Of a stretch of 64,000 bases of DNA, positions 62,322 to 64,000 are shown one piece after another. The stretch lies in NCBI RefSeq assembly GCF_009914755.1, contig NC_060936.1, one strand, 5' to 3'. This DNA is from the human T2T-CHM13v2.0 reference genome, Homo sapiens. The notes below the pieces were generated by a model that searched no databases, was not told the origin of the DNA, and saw only the letters and a list, made by a program, of their open reading frames with translations. The position numbers and the translations under genes were made by a program. Positions within the stretch are counted from its first letter, which is position 1, and each line of letters opens with the position of its first letter.

Positions 62322-64000
62322 GGGCCAGGCTTAGATGTTTATAGGTTAGGGGTTTGGAGTACCTTTAAAATTTGTTTCCCTCCAGGGCTCTAATTTATAA
62401 AACACCCACACAAGAAAAATAGATACTGACTTCACAAATCTCCTTACAAGTCCCACAGCAGAGGCTGTCTGGGAAAGCAGAGGTGGAAAAAGTCACATAA
62501 ACTTGAGGTCAGTGTGAGACCTCCCATTGCCTACTCTGAAATCAGATGGAGGAAGGCATGCATGCTGGCTGAGCTGGAGAGATGAGCTGGGGTGGGCAGA
62601 ACAGTGCTCCCATGAGCCTAGACCTTAAGTGCTCTCACATGCTCTCAGGCATGTATCAAATCAAGAAAGCAGCTAGGAGGGCAACACATCTACCTGTATA
62701 CAGGGAGCTATGAAATATCTGAGCTGAGTAAGTGATGCACAAGGAGACAGAAGCAGTGTGACCTTTACACAGTGACCTGACTCAAATAATTTCAGGTTCT
62801 CATTAACCAGGAGAGCTCCTCTTTCTCTCTGAGGTAGGTAAACTTGAGCGGGTAAAGTGGGAGTTGGGGATAATGGAAAAGAAATCCTGGTAGTATTTCC
62901 TCTAACTCTGTTATAAATAAAAACATAATTCCCTTTCTCAGGGCCCAAATGTTAGGTGAAAAAATGTCATCTCAGTCATGTGATGTGGACTTTAGCAGAG
63001 CAGTACACACATGGTCATTGATTCCTTTCCCTCTGCATGTTGTGTGTTTTTTCAGTTTTATAATGTACCTGATCCACTTGTCTCATCATACTAGCTGAAA
63101 ACCAGGCCACTGAATGTCACACCAGGTGGCCAGCATGTCTGTGAAGGGCAGAAACTGGGGCAGCCAAACAGCTGGCAAAGGCCAGCTAGTAAGTACCCAA
63201 TGCCCACTCCATAGAGGACTCCACACTTAAGATAAGCAAGTGTCAGGCTGCCTCACTAGTTATCCCTCCAAATAAAAAAAAGAAGTAACCCCTCCAGGGA
63301 ACATGTGTGTGTACACACCAAAGTACATGCACACAGCTTCATGCAAAGGGGAAAGGCTGGGAAGGAACCAAACCCACCTCTGAACACCAGTTACTTGTGG
63401 TGAAGGGGCAGATGAAATCGACTGTCAGCATTACTCACCTTTTCAACTGATGAGCTATCATCAATTTTGGCAATTTCTCATTAAAAAAAGAGGCAATTTT
63501 CACGCCGTGGGTGATCACCCGGGTCCTGCAAAACTGAGCTACCAACAACCACCTGCACCACTTCCCATGAGGCCAAATAATGGCTTCCCTCAAAGCTCAG
63601 CCCTCCCACCCACCTCCCAGTCCTGTCCCATGCAGGGGGGTACTAGCCTCCTGGGGTAAAGGGATCCAGGCCAAATCCACCACAGAGATTGTTGGTGAAA
63701 CCAGCATGTACCCAAGGGCCTTTCCCCAACCTGGGCCATGTGCCCACTGCATCGATATACCTGTGCTTGCTCCCCTAGGACAGAGACTCCCTTTTCTTAC
63801 AGTTGGAATGAGGGATGAGGAGATTTATTGGTATCCTGTACAGGTTGGATGTTAACCTGATGTGGTGCTCTTGGAGAAGCTTGCCTGAGTTAGGCACTTT
63901 CTCAGCACATGGTGTGTGTGCTGTCCCTTCAAGCTGCAGAAGTCCCAGAAGGTAAGTGCTTCTGCAACCCCCATTTACTGGTGAGCAGGGGTCAGGTGAC

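Noticed and set aside
62340-62358. Telomere-like ggttaggggttt
   Set aside because: A single hexamer is not an interstitial telomeric array.

Overview
Repeat-dense primate genomic DNA, almost certainly human (it carries a near-consensus AluYa5). I can support no intact protein-coding or structural RNA gene. From left to right: an MLT1 LTR; an L1-mobilised, 5'-truncated HERV-W processed pseudogene (1.8-4.7 kb); an abrupt AT-to-GC junction marked by a palindromic 8-mer scar (~7.1 kb); and a GC-rich block with a CpG island and a MER11D solo LTR. From recall, that block and the DNA to its right resemble the 10p/18p subtelomeric TUBB8-associated duplicon. Next come an L1PB1 split by a full-length minus-strand HERV15 provirus that itself contains a short L1PA2, an L1MA fragment, a full-length L1PA4-like element with two Alu insertions, and an internally deleted L1PA7/8-like element. 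Further Alus, MaLRs, Tigger3, a full-length Hsmar2, MER1, MIR and L1MB fragments follow. The strongest observations are: (i) sense-strand GA->AA hypermutation of the HERV15 provirus (APOBEC3-like); (ii) a ~400-bp L1 3' transduction bounded by a 17-bp TSD; (iii) two templated fold-back scars at 7080-7113 and 9197-9253; (iv) a double microhomology deletion in HERV-W that leaves a 30-nt env island. I found no evidence of a new multi-gene system. Subfamily names and paralogy come from recall of consensus sequences, not from database searches.
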